Positions 1-10,019 of a stretch of 64,000 nt of DNA are shown here, in pieces. The notes beneath the pieces were generated by a model, which saw nothing but the letters and a program-made list of their open reading frames with translations, ran no database searches and was not told the DNA's origin. The stretch spans positions 32,001 through 96,000 of the forward strand of contig JBHJGN010000011.1 in assembly GCA_050331735.1 (NCBI GenBank), written 5' to 3'. Position 1 is the first letter of the stretch, and each line of letters opens with the position of its first letter. Source of the stretch: Cyanophyceae cyanobacterium. GTDB taxonomy: Bacteria; Cyanobacteriota; Cyanobacteriia; Cyanobacteriales; JBHJGN01. Both the position numbers and the translations under genes were made by a program.

Positions 1-602
1 CCATTAATACCAATCAGTTCCCCCTGTTGATTGAGAATGGGTCCGCCGCTCATGCCAACTCTGACTAAATTAGTGTAGGTTAAAGCATACCCTTGAGGGA
101 GCGCTGAAGTCGTTTCGGTTAACTCTCCCTGAGTGCTGACAAACACCCGCTGGTTCAATGAATTTCCAGAACGAGTCCAGCCGCCAACGGTGACAGGTTC
201 GCCCTCGGTCACTGTTTTGGCAATCTGCACCGTGCGGTAGGAAGATAAGCTCGTAAAAGACAGCAACGCTAGGTCTAAGTTGGGGAGGCGTTGAATGGTG
301 CTGGGGTCAACCGAGTAGCGATCGCCATTAGCGGTGATGACGGTGTAAGTACCAGGGCGTTCAACAACATGAGCATTGGTCAAAACCGAATAGGTATCTG
401 CGTTGCGCTCAACAATAACCCCACTGCCAACAGCAGGTCCATTAACGCGAACAGTTACTTCTCGAGCAATCGTGGTAACATCTGGTATTGATCGAGCAAC
501 AAACGTTTTTCTAGACGCTGCGGTGGCAACCTGGTGCCACCAAGATCCTCCGCTCGGACTGATGGCTAATAAAACGACTAAAGTAATTCTAGATATACTC
601 AT
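1..602 (-). CDS. Trypsin-like serine protease (S1 family), N-terminal part; runs off the window start
   Basis: Not in the ORF track. Manual translation from ATG at 602 gives a signal-like N-terminus, GSGVIV, TNAHV (catalytic His) and GMSGGPILNQQGELIGING (catalytic Ser). Confidence 0.85.
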   Translation of the reverse strand, partial: MSISRITLVVLLAISPSGGSWWHQVATAASRKTFVARSIPDVTTIAREVTVRVNGPAVGSGVIVERNADTYSVLTNAHVVERPGTYTVITANGDRYSVDPSTIQRLPNLDLALLSFTSLSSYRTVQIAKTVTEGEPVTVGGWTRSGNSLNQRVFVSTQGELTETTSALPQGYALTYTNLVRVGMSGGPILNQQGELIGIN

Positions 603-747
603 TGGCAAACAACTAAATTGGTTCAGCTTTTGCTTTCCAGTTAGCTAATACTAACCTGACTAGATTTTGTAACGGACAACTGATAGAAGCAAAGGGCAAA
701 GGTCGTATTTTTGTCTCTACAATGTAGTCTCTATAAAGAGTAAATAA

Positions 748-1644
748 ATGGCTTGTATTATTAGTACAGTGAACATGAAAGGTGGAGTTGGTAAAACTAC
801 TCTAACCGTTAATCTCGCTACTTGTTTGGCTAAAAACCACGGCAAACGAGTGCTCGTTCTCGACTTAGATGCTCAAATTAGCGCCACCCTGAGTCTGCTG
901 TCGCCCCACGACTTTGCCAAGACGAGAAAGAAAAGAAAAACGTTAAGCTACTTAATTAACAACATCATTCAACCTAATCCTAAAAGTAAATTAACCGTCC
1001 AAGATATTATTTATCCCAACGTTTGTAATATTGAAAATTTAGAGCTGCTGCCTGGAGATATCGAACTCTACGATGAGTATATAGTCTCTGAGACTCTCCA
1101 TCAACGGGCTTCTCAGGAGAACGCTGAATTCAATCAGGTTTGGAATCGGCTAGAAAGAACCCTCATCAAAACCATTTTGGAGCCAATCGTAGAGGAATAT
1201 GACTTTATTATTATGGACTGTGCTCCTGGCTATACTCTCTTGACTCGCAGTGGCATTACTTCTAGTAACTACTACTTGTTGCCAGCGCGGCCTGAACCTC
1301 TTTCTTTAGTGGGAATTCAACTCTTAGAAAGGCGCATCGCCAAACTGACAGAAACTCACCGAGAGGCGCATCCGATGAACATCAAACTCCTAGGCATTGT
1401 CTTTGTTCTATCAGGAGGCGGTTTAATGGGGAGATATTATCGCCAAGTCATGAAACGCATAGACCAAGACTTTAGCCCCGATCAGCTTTTCCAGACTGCC
1501 ATTCCAATGGATGTCAACGTTGCTAAAGCCGTCGATATGTTTATGCCTGTGGTGACAGCAATGCCAAACACGAGCGGTTCAAAAGCTTTCTTCAAGTTAA
1601 CCGAAGAGTTTCTCGAAAAAATATCGGCTGCTCATCCGGGTTAA
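748..1644 (+). CDS. parA: ParA/Soj family ATPase
   Basis: Deviant Walker A KGGVGKTT, DLDAQ and DCAPG motifs. No parB adjacent. Confidence 0.85.
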   Translation: MACIISTVNMKGGVGKTTLTVNLATCLAKNHGKRVLVLDLDAQISATLSLLSPHDFAKTRKKRKTLSYLINNIIQPNPKSKLTVQDIIYPNVCNIENLELLPGDIELYDEYIVSETLHQRASQENAEFNQVWNRLERTLIKTILEPIVEEYDFIIMDCAPGYTLLTRSGITSSNYYLLPARPEPLSLVGIQLLERRIAKLTETHREAHPMNIKLLGIVFVLSGGGLMGRYYRQVMKRIDQDFSPDQLFQTAIPMDVNVAKAVDMFMPVVTAMPNTSGSKAFFKLTEEFLEKISAAHPG

Positions 1645-1728
1645 AGAGGCCGGGGGATATTCTCCGTCTTGGCTGAATTGTGATGGTTGATTGTCTATTA
1701 CTTTAAAAAAACATATCGCTCTGCAATC

Positions 1729-2199
1729 CTATGCTTTCCTAGATACTCCGCGCTTTTCCAAATATTGCTGATGATGTTCGTCGGCTAAGTAATAGTCGGA
1801 AGCGGGTTTGATTTCTGTGACAATCTCCTTATCAAACCGACCAGACACCTGAAGCTGACGCTTAGATTTGTGCGCGACTTGTTTCTGTTGCAGGGTATGA
1901 ACAAAGATGACGGACCTGTACTGTTCTCCGCGGTCCGGACCCTGCCGGTTAAGGCTAGTGGGATCGTGAATATTCCAAAATACTTCTAGCAGGTCTTCGT
2001 AAGCGATCTGCTCTGGATCGTATTTTACTTGAGCAACCTCGGCATGACCCGTAATTCTAGACAGGATATCTAGATAAGAAGGATTAGGAAAATGCCCTCC
2101 CATGTAGCCAACTGAGGTATTAACAACTCCCTGAAGCTGGCGAAATGCGGCTTCTACTCCCCAAAAACAGCCGCCTCCAAACGTTGCTGTTTCTACCAT
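1729..2199 (-). CDS. msrA: Peptide methionine sulfoxide reductase A
   Basis: GCFWG catalytic motif, GHAE, HDPT..NRQG.D.G.QYRS and EHHQQYL. Confidence 0.95.
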   Translation of the reverse strand: MVETATFGGGCFWGVEAAFRQLQGVVNTSVGYMGGHFPNPSYLDILSRITGHAEVAQVKYDPEQIAYEDLLEVFWNIHDPTSLNRQGPDRGEQYRSVIFVHTLQQKQVAHKSKRQLQVSGRFDKEIVTEIKPASDYYLADEHHQQYLEKRGVSRKA

Positions 2200-2489
2200 T
2201 AACTAGCAACCGCCCAAGCGTAAGTGAGAATCGCCAAGAAAGCGACTCCAGTGATCGTCTCGTGTTGCTCTCGCCACAAGCGGCGCAGGCTGTCCGTTAA
2301 GCAACTCAAGGCCGCACGACGCTCCCGACCTAGTTCCGCCATCAGTTCAGACACTCTCCGGTCAACCTCTTCTAAAGACACTTCTCCGCGCTGATAAGCG
2401 GCTTCTAATTCGTCTAGTTTTTTCCAGTAGTCCTTTGTTGCTGTCAGTAAATTCGGAAACATTAATAAACTTACGTTACTTTTCTTCAT
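2199..2489 (-). CDS. Small hypothetical protein with C-terminal hydrophobic helix (start may be ATG 2462)
   Basis: ORF overlaps the msrA start by 1 nt; helical body and a terminal TM-like segment. Confidence 0.6.
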   Translation of the reverse strand: MKKSNVSLLMFPNLLTATKDYWKKLDELEAAYQRGEVSLEEVDRRVSELMAELGRERRAALSCLTDSLRRLWREQHETITGVAFLAILTYAWAVAS

Positions 2490-2539
2490 CTAATGTAACA
2501 ATTGCGGGATTGATGTTTCATCTTCACAGAGGCAGAGCA

Positions 2540-2605
2540 GCACCGTGGGCGCGGGGAAGTTGGTCGCTCCGCGACGGGAAAATAGTTGCTGCGTCAGGGG
2601 GGAAA
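2540..2605 (+). repeat. Partial copy A of the hairpin/heptamer repeat (modules only, no core)
   Basis: GCACC-GTG-GGCGC GGGGAA, GTCGC-TCC-GCGAC GGGAAAA and a degenerate GTTGC module. Confidence 0.75.
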
Positions 2606-2836
2606 GCAGGGACCGGGACTTGAACACTGATACTGAAGCCATAGCAGCCTTTCGGACAGCGATGGCTTGTCATTTTGTGAGTTGGCTCAATAAAAATCGG
2701 GACGTATTTGTTGCTTACAAAGCTAGGTTAGGCTTTGTTGGGTCTGAGAATTTATTTAAAAGCAGTTATGGTGTTAAGCAGTGATCAATTAGATGCCAGT
2801 AAAGATGACGGTGGCTATCCTGCTGCCTAGCTTCAA

Positions 2837-4150
2837 GTGAGGAGAGAAATCTTGCAGCAACCGCTCTTAGCTAAACTAGTGCGTGGTGCTGGAGCAGCAT
2901 TGACAATCCAAGTCATCAGTGCCGGAGCTATCTATAGCTTGCAGGTGCTATTAGCCCGCTGGATGGGAACGGCTGAGTACGGAATTTATGACTATGCTAC
3001 CGCTGTTGGTGTTTTTCTCGCTTTTATTGCCGGATTAGGATTGCCCTCTGCGGTATTGCGATTTATCCCGCAATATGCTGCCCATCAAGATTGGGCTCAT
3101 TTGCGGGGAATTATGTGGGGCAGTTGGCAGCAGACTGTGATTGTCAGCATTTTGACCTCGAGCGGTGGAACAGCCATTTTGTTGATGATGAATGCGGCTC
3201 AGAGTTTAGAAGATTATACAGTTCCGCTCATTGTCGGGATCTGGACGCTCCCCACTGTAGCCTTAGCCAACCTCCAAAAGGAAATTGTCCGCGCTTGTGG
3301 GCAGATTGCCATCGCCTATGCCCCATCGCTGATTATTCATCCACTATTGCTGATGAGCATCGCCTTTCTCTGGCAGAGGCGGCAGCAGCTTACGGGGACA
3401 GCAACGCTGACCCTCTCACTACTGGCAGCGCTGCTGGCTTTAGCCATGCAGTTGGTGCTGTTTCAGCAAAACTTAGACACCAGAATCCGCACCGTTCGTC
3501 CCGCTTATGCCATCGTTGAGTGGTGGCAGGTGGCACTGCCGTTAATGTTCCTCGATGGTTCCCATATGGTGCTGAGCCAAACCGATACCCTGATGATTGG
3601 AGCCTTGTTGAACGCTGAACAGGTAGGCATCTACAGCGCTGCTCTCAAAACCTCGCTGTGGGTTCCGTTTATTCTCAGCGCCGTCAATGCGATCGCCGCT
3701 CCGATGTTTGCTTCTCTCTCTGCTCAAGGCGATCGCCGCAGTCTTCAGCAGCTAGTCTCCACCGTTGCCCGCTGGATGTTTTATCCAGCCTTAGCCATTG
3801 CGCTTGCATTGATCGGCTTTGCCGAACCGGTGCTGCAATTATTTGGCCCAGAATTTACGGCAGCTAGAGGAGCATTAATCATTCTCATCCTCGGACAGCT
3901 TGTTAATGTGGGAGCCGGATCGGTTGGGTATTTAATGATGATGACGGGGCATCATACGCAGTCAGCGTTGGTGATGGGAGCTAGTGCTGGTGTAAACGTG
4001 ATTTTAAACCTGATTGGCATTCATCTTTTTGGAATCGTCGGGGCAGCACTGGCAACGGCTTTATCAATGGCGCTATGGAACGTTTGGCTTCACGCTTTGG
4101 TCGTGCAGCGTCTTGGTGTTCGTCCCTCTATTCTAGCTGCCTGGCGCTAA
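2837..4150 (+). CDS. MOP-superfamily polysaccharide flippase (Wzx-like)
   Basis: About 12 hydrophobic segments, LARWMG..EYGIY, DTLMIG....EQVGIYSAA. Confidence 0.85.
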   Translation: MRREILQQPLLAKLVRGAGAALTIQVISAGAIYSLQVLLARWMGTAEYGIYDYATAVGVFLAFIAGLGLPSAVLRFIPQYAAHQDWAHLRGIMWGSWQQTVIVSILTSSGGTAILLMMNAAQSLEDYTVPLIVGIWTLPTVALANLQKEIVRACGQIAIAYAPSLIIHPLLLMSIAFLWQRRQQLTGTATLTLSLLAALLALAMQLVLFQQNLDTRIRTVRPAYAIVEWWQVALPLMFLDGSHMVLSQTDTLMIGALLNAEQVGIYSAALKTSLWVPFILSAVNAIAAPMFASLSAQGDRRSLQQLVSTVARWMFYPALAIALALIGFAEPVLQLFGPEFTAARGALIILILGQLVNVGAGSVGYLMMMTGHHTQSALVMGASAGVNVILNLIGIHLFGIVGAALATALSMALWNVWLHALVVQRLGVRPSILAAWR

Positions 4151-4425
4151 GCTCCGTTGAATATCTGACTCTGTTTGAATCTGTTGCTTGTAATTAAGCA
4201 GTACCAAATAGTGATGTTGATTTTCTGGTTGAATTTTCTTGACCTGTAGGACTATTTGGTCTCTTTCAGGTTAAGTATTACTTAGAGTCTGTTCTCGCCA
4301 TTGGAGTCTAATTGAAGTGCTACTCTCAACCGTTAAAAGAGCTGTTTGGAGGAAAGCGTCTCCCTTCCTACAGTACAATCAAAAAATATCAAAATTTGCT
4401 TGATTGAAAATTTATTCAAATATTA

Positions 4426-5028
4426 TTAAATAGGACTAAATAAAACAGAATTACTCAAAGATTTTGCTTCAACTCCTAATACAGTAGTTAAAGTTTCATT
4501 ATTGCCACTAATGATAGTATTATTATCACTGGTGACAAAGCTTAATTGCTCAAAACTTAGACTATTCCATAATTTGAAGGAATCTTCTAACTCATTAAAA
4601 TCGTGAATTATATCAGCACCTTCACCTACAGCAAGAACAAATTTATCTGCACCTTGTCCGCCGTAGAGATTATCATTTCCCAAACCACCATATAGCAAGT
4701 CATCTCCTCCGTTACCAATGAGATTATCGTTGCCATTTAAACCAAAGAGAATATTACTGTCTAAGTTACCTTGAAGATTGTTATTCTCAGGAGTTCCTTG
4801 AATGTCTGGTTCGACGCTGGGGTTAGCCATGAAAGCACTGTCAACGAACTCATAAATATCTGGAGTCGCAAAAATATGTAAGTGATAGGTAAACTTCTTA
4901 GAACTACCATCAGCTACATCTACCTGGTGACTCTCCTTGATGTAAGTGTCACGCCAGTCTTCATCAGAAAGGCGTACCCCCATTCTCAAAAACCTCGACA
5001 TTGAAGTTATCACTTTATCTAACTTCAC
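4426..5028 (-). CDS. RTX-type Ca-binding repeat protein, probably a C-terminal fragment
   Basis: GLNGNDNL, GNGGDDLL, GGLGNDNL and GGQGADKF nonapeptides. GTG start with an in-frame stop shortly upstream. Confidence 0.65.
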   Translation of the reverse strand: MKLDKVITSMSRFLRMGVRLSDEDWRDTYIKESHQVDVADGSSKKFTYHLHIFATPDIYEFVDSAFMANPSVEPDIQGTPENNNLQGNLDSNILFGLNGNDNLIGNGGDDLLYGGLGNDNLYGGQGADKFVLAVGEGADIIHDFNELEDSFKLWNSLSFEQLSFVTSDNNTIISGNNETLTTVLGVEAKSLSNSVLFSPI

Positions 5029-5101
5029 ACAGCTGAGTTTTTCAACCCTGCCCTACTTAGCTTTTGCTAATCCATTAATACGAAATCTGCTTCTGACAAT
5101 T

Positions 5102-6019
5102 TTACTCTGATTGGGAAACCGTTCTGGCAACTTCTCGAAACTGTCTTAAGATATTCGATGAACTATGGCGATGCCAGAACATCATAGTGCGAATAGTAGA
5201 TGTGAAACCTTCAATATCTTTATAGATGACTCCTTTCCTTTTAAGATTAAGCACGTTAGTGGGAAGTAAGCTAATTCCCATTCCTCCAGCAACCAAGCCC
5301 AACACTGTAATCATGTTGGTTGCTTCCTGAGTAATGTGTGGGACAAATCCAACTCGATTGAGTAAAAGATGAATTTGTTCTGATAAGCCAGAAAAAGACT
5401 GGCGAGTAGGAAGAACAAACCTTTCGTTTGCTAGTACCTGCAAAGGAATTGTTGATTGAGTTCTTAAAGGATGATCTTCAGGCAAGATTAAAACTAATGG
5501 TTCTGTGAGAACCGTTAAATAATTTAAATCTTCCTGTTTAATAGCTTTTTCGTTGGGATGAAAAAAAGCCACATCAAGTTGCTCCTTTAGTAATCCTTCA
5601 ATTTGGTCGTCACACGCCATTTGGCGGCAGTTGAGTTTGACTTCAGGAGAACTGGTGCGGAAAGCATTCAATATATCTGGGAGAATCCCATTAGCGATTG
5701 AACTGGTGAAACCTATATTTAAGTTGCCTACCTCACCTCGATTGAGCTTTTGAGTTAAGTGTATTGCCTGTTCTAATCGAATTAGTATTGAACGGGCTTC
5801 TGCTAAAAATATACTCCCAGCTTGTGTTAGCTCTAAAGGGCGTTTTTTACGATTCAACAATAGACCATCGACCTTCTTCTCCAAAGCCTTGATCTTATTG
5901 CTTAGTTGAGGTTGTGTTGTATGCAGTCTTTCTGCTGCGTGAGTAAAATTACGTTCTTCAGCAACTGCAATAAAGAACTCAAGGTGTTGTAGATCTACTC
6001 CAAGTCGATGCAAATTCAT
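5102..6019 (-). CDS. LysR-family transcriptional regulator
   Basis: HTH LEFFIAVAEERNFTHAAERLHTTQPQLS and C-terminal LVAGGMGISLLP. Start taken at ATG 6019 (the track gives 6058). Confidence 0.92.
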   Translation of the reverse strand: MNLHRLGVDLQHLEFFIAVAEERNFTHAAERLHTTQPQLSNKIKALEKKVDGLLLNRKKRPLELTQAGSIFLAEARSILIRLEQAIHLTQKLNRGEVGNLNIGFTSSIANGILPDILNAFRTSSPEVKLNCRQMACDDQIEGLLKEQLDVAFFHPNEKAIKQEDLNYLTVLTEPLVLILPEDHPLRTQSTIPLQVLANERFVLPTRQSFSGLSEQIHLLLNRVGFVPHITQEATNMITVLGLVAGGMGISLLPTNVLNLKRKGVIYKDIEGFTSTIRTMMFWHRHSSSNILRQFREVARTVSQSE

Positions 6020-6164
6020 AAAACAGGTGATACTATATGAATGCGTGTATAGTAGCATACGTTTTATGTTATTGACGGTATAGTAAAAGTTTCGCTCTAA
6101 TTAGGTAAGTTCATTCGAGTTGTCAAAACGACTCTGATTTAATAGTTAAAGCGAGATTTGTACA

Positions 6165-7076
6165 ATGTCTGATAAAAGTTTAAATCGGGTGGCAATAATA
6201 GGTGGAACTCATGGAGCCGAATTGACGGGAGCGTACCTAGTAAAGAAGTTCGAGCGTTTTCCTCATCTAGTTAAACGTTCTAGCTTTGAGACGGTGACTC
6301 TCTTAGCTAATCCACGTGCCTTCAAAGCGGGAACGAGATATATTCATAAAGATTTAAATAGGTCTTTTTCCCTAGAAGATCTAAACAACACGAACCTTTC
6401 CACTTATGAAGATCTTAGAGCCAAGGAAATCTATGGTCTTTTAGTGAATAACGAAAAAAGCAAAGTTGATTTCATCATCGACCTTCATAGCACCACTGCA
6501 AATATGGGGTTAACAGTTATTCTAGGAAAGCTATGGAAAGAGCCATTGATTCTTAATCTAGCGGCATACTTGACCGATGTGAACTCTTTAGTTAAGCTTT
6601 TCAACTGGTCTAACACGCAGAACAATTCATTCCTAAGATCAATATGCCCCAGAAACATTGCTATAGAAGTCGGCTCTATAGCGCACGGTACACTAAATCC
6701 TTGGTATTTCGAGAAGACTGAAAAGCTTATTCTTACAATACTTGATTTTCTAGAACTTTATAATCAAAAGCCTGTCAAGCCTACTACTTCTCAAATCACA
6801 GTTTTTAAAGGAAAAGACATTTTGGATTATCCTCGTAACCCCAACGGAGAGTTAGAAGCAATGATACACCCAAATTTAATAGCTAAAGATTACAAAGCTC
6901 TAAACCCTGGAGATCCTCTATTTCAGTCATTTCAGTTATCTGAAAATCAGACAATAACTTATCAAGGTTCATCAACTGTATTTCCTACATTTATTGGAGA
7001 AGCCAGTTACCAGGAAAAAGGAATGGCAATGTGCCTAGCTGATAAACAGGAAGTTGATTTAAGAGAAAATTTATGA
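6165..7076 (+). CDS. Aspartoacylase (AstE/AspA family)
   Basis: GGTHGAE, DLNRSF, DLHSTTANMG, IEVG, DYPR and Y.EKG motifs. Confidence 0.9.
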   Translation: MSDKSLNRVAIIGGTHGAELTGAYLVKKFERFPHLVKRSSFETVTLLANPRAFKAGTRYIHKDLNRSFSLEDLNNTNLSTYEDLRAKEIYGLLVNNEKSKVDFIIDLHSTTANMGLTVILGKLWKEPLILNLAAYLTDVNSLVKLFNWSNTQNNSFLRSICPRNIAIEVGSIAHGTLNPWYFEKTEKLILTILDFLELYNQKPVKPTTSQITVFKGKDILDYPRNPNGELEAMIHPNLIAKDYKALNPGDPLFQSFQLSENQTITYQGSSTVFPTFIGEASYQEKGMAMCLADKQEVDLRENL

Positions 7077-7193
7077 CTAGAGTAGCACAAATGCCACTAA
7101 TTTATAGTAGGTAAACATAGTCCGAAAATACTCATCTTCAAAATAGCCAACTGTAAATTTTGCATCGTTTTTAAACTTATTGGAGGTCAAAAA

Positions 7194-7695
7194 ATGAGAT
7201 TATCTTCTTTGAGTAAAACTTTTGTCATTGCTGGTAGCATTGCTATTGGAACATGGTTTGAACAAGAGCCAAAAGCATTTGCGCTACCTCAGCAGCAGGT
7301 AGTTCAAACACTACAACCCATTACAGTATTTGGAGTTGCTGACTCTAAAGGAACGCAATTATTTCATAAGAGAGAAAATGAAGTTATCGAAATAAAATTG
7401 TTTGTTAGTCAGCAAGATACCGCTCGCTATATTGAAAACTTACAAACTCAAAATTCTCAACTAGCAAATCAAATGCAGATTGTCTCATATTCCTTGGGAG
7501 ATCTGTACGAAATCAATATGCAAGCCAACGGAGGACAAAACGGGGTACTTTTTACTTTTGTACCAGCACAAGCAAAAGTATAGATAGCGCAACAACTTTT
7601 TAGAGAGAATGGCATTGAATATGATGGAGGTGTACCCTTATACCTGATCAAATCAAAAAGTGGACAGAGAATTCAATATGTTAAATTTAATCAAA
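7194..7695 (+). pseudogene. Tic22-family protein pseudogene
   Basis: ALPQQQVVQTLQPITVF, FVSQQD and SLGDLY motifs. In-frame TAG at 7581-7583, after which the frame continues with ...GGVPLY... before being cut by IS sequence. Confidence 0.75.
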
Positions 7696-7972
7696 TTTTT
7701 CAATTTCCCCCAGAAATCCGCCGGATTATCTACACTACCAATGCCATTGAATCAATGAACATGACTCTCAGAAAAGTGCTGAAGAATCACCGTATTTTTC
7801 CCACTGATGAGGCGGCACTCAAGGTCATCTATCTTGCCCTTGAGCACTTGTCCCAGCGCTGGACAAGACCTTTACGAGATTGGAAAGCTGCCTTGAATCG
7901 GTTTGCTATCGAGTTTGAAGGACGACTTCCACTCTGACTTTCTTCCTTTGACACAATCTTATTGACAGATCC
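7696..7972 (+). mobile_element. IS256-family remnant (transposase C-terminus and right end)
   Basis: FPPEIRRIIYTTNAIESMN...FPTDEAALKVIYLA...W; putative right inverted repeat GACACAATCTTATTGACAGATCC ending at 7972. Confidence 0.85.
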
Positions 7973-8135
7973 TTCTTGAACGGTTCCAGGAAACGGCTGA
8001 TTGCTTAAGTGTGATTCAGACTTGTCGCTTTCAGGGTCGTTCTGTCGGGCATTTTTTCGCCTCCGCTTTGATAGCTACTGTTGGAGTTGGCGATCGCCCT
8101 TCTTTAATTCCTGATTTTGATACCTGAATTCTTAC
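7973..8135 (+). mobile_element. IS66-family remnant (transposase C-terminus and right end)
   Basis: Manual translation LERFQETADCLSVIQTCRFQGRSVGHFF...PSLIP; ends CCTGAATTCTTAC, the reverse complement of a GTAA-starting IS66-type end. Confidence 0.7.
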
Positions 8136-8410
8136 GAGTAGGCTTACCTGGCATCGCTGAATGGGTAATGTTTTCGATCTGATTGTCAACGAAGAACATG
8201 GATCGTAGACGACATCAATCCTGGTTAATATTTCCTAATCAGCAATGCGGTCAGTCTTTATGCTATTCCAAGTCTTTGAAGATGCTCTATTCGTCTTCTC
8301 CTTCACTATCTCAAGTTTCACTCGGTTGCTCTGAGCACCTGAAATATTACTATTCAGCAACGCCCTCAGTTCTACCCCAATTACTTGCTCCTTAGTTTAA
8401 CAACATAAAT

Positions 8411-9307
8411 TTAGATAGGTTCAAATATTTCTATTTTTCCGAGAGTAGATTGATTGTTGCTTTTATCGTATTCGTTACGATTTACGTGCAAAAAGCTTCC
8501 GTCAGAACGCCAATATATACTGCTAACAGAAATAACTTGACCTTGGGAGTCTTTGAGGATTAAGAATCCGTCAGCATATCCAGCATTGACGTATTCCCAA
8601 GTTCCAGAGAGTTGGGTTCTATCTATAAAAGAATCGTGAAGAGAACTACCATAGACAAGGTTCGCTTTTTTTCTTGCATATTGAAATGTTCCATCAGATT
8701 TTAATTCGATTCTCTCTTGAGTAAGAGTCACCGATTCACTAAGGGAGGCAAACCCGCTATCAGTTCTTTTTGTACCGAAGATATTCCAAGTTCCCAATAA
8801 TTGGCTTGCAGATAAGTTATTGTTTTGACTAACTCTCTGCCATTTATCTTCTTCATTAGCTTGATAATGAAATTCGTCGTCAGATATAAATTCTATAGCG
8901 CTCTCTTTTTCCTCACCATCTTCTGATTTTTTATATAGAGTACCGTCAGAAAACTGCCAAGTTCCTGTACCAAGAATAAACCAGTGTACATCTCTTATTG
9001 TAGCAATACTAAAGTAAGTGCCATCTGGCTGATAAAAAACGATCAAATCAACTTTTTCGCCGTCAAAAATTGTTGAAGAAAACCAACCGCCAACTAATGA
9101 CTTAGAAGATGACTTTTTGTCATTAGTTTTATAGCTAAAATTTTTAACTTTGCTTATTTCTTTAAATCTATTATTTTTATTTGCTTTAGCAAGAAGAAGC
9201 GATTTTTCTAAATTTGTGCCTGTGACCGTTTCTACCTCGTTTAGGAAAATCAAACCGCTACATATCAAAAAAATAAGCAGGGACGGTTTTATCATGAGCT
9301 TATTCAT
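8411..9307 (-). CDS. Exported hypothetical protein with two lipocalin-like beta repeats
   Basis: N-terminal hydrophobic helix; duplicated pattern LVGGW..DGTY..GTWQF and LLGTW..DGTF..GTWEY. Confidence 0.6.
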   Translation of the reverse strand: MNKLMIKPSLLIFLICSGLIFLNEVETVTGTNLEKSLLLAKANKNNRFKEISKVKNFSYKTNDKKSSSKSLVGGWFSSTIFDGEKVDLIVFYQPDGTYFSIATIRDVHWFILGTGTWQFSDGTLYKKSEDGEEKESAIEFISDDEFHYQANEEDKWQRVSQNNNLSASQLLGTWNIFGTKRTDSGFASLSESVTLTQERIELKSDGTFQYARKKANLVYGSSLHDSFIDRTQLSGTWEYVNAGYADGFLILKDSQGQVISVSSIYWRSDGSFLHVNRNEYDKSNNQSTLGKIEIFEPI

Positions 9308-9311
9308 AATG

Positions 9312-9905
9312 TTATCGCTGCCGTGATTGTGGTCGTCAATTTATTAAATCACCGACAAATCGCCCTTACCCAGAGGAGGTCAAACAACTGTGCCTGAAGA
9401 TGTATCATAACGGCATGGGTTTAAGAGGGATTGCACGAGTGACAGGAATTCATCATACAACAGCGATGCATCACCGCAGAAGCCGGGTTAAAGTTATCCG
9501 ATGCTTCCGAAGCAGACGAAATCCCTGAAATAGCCGAGATAGACGTTAGCGAAGCTCCTCTGAAAGAGGCACTACCAACCCCGGTCCGGGGTGCATTCCG
9601 CACCTACTGGCAGCCAGGAATCAACTTATGGACAGTCGGCGACCGCAGTAGTGCTAGTTTTCAGAGGCTTTGGTTCACCATCAAATGCTGGCATAGCTTT
9701 TGGTATGTCACTGATGGTGGAAAATTTACCCTAAATTCATTGCTCCTGAAGACTGCCGACCCAGCCTGAAGGCCTTCAGGCTGGAAAGCGGCAGTGCATT
9801 CCGCACCATCTGATTAGCAAAACCTACATGACCAGAGTTGAGGGCGAAAATACTAGATTGCGACACTACTTAGCTCATTTACATCATCAGACTTTATGCT
9901 ATTCG
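9312..9905 (+). mobile_element. Degenerate IS1-family element
   Basis: Manual translation YRCRDCGRQF...LKMYHNGMGLRGIARVTGIHHTT (InsA-like) and ISKTYMTRVEGENTRLRHYL...TLCYS (InsB-like), with frameshifts, deletions and insertions. Confidence 0.85.
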
Positions 9906-10019
9906 GGGTTCGGGTAGCAGAGGAACCGATAACAACGCTAAGCCGTCCAGTTTTCTGGACAAAATAGCTCGATGCTTTACACCATCAAGCTATAGCGGTG
10001 GCAAGCCCATCTTTTCTCT

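Noticed and set aside
318..325. Abundant GCGATCGC octamers throughout the window
   Set aside because: Known cyanobacterial HIP1; used only as a taxonomic and foreign-DNA indicator.
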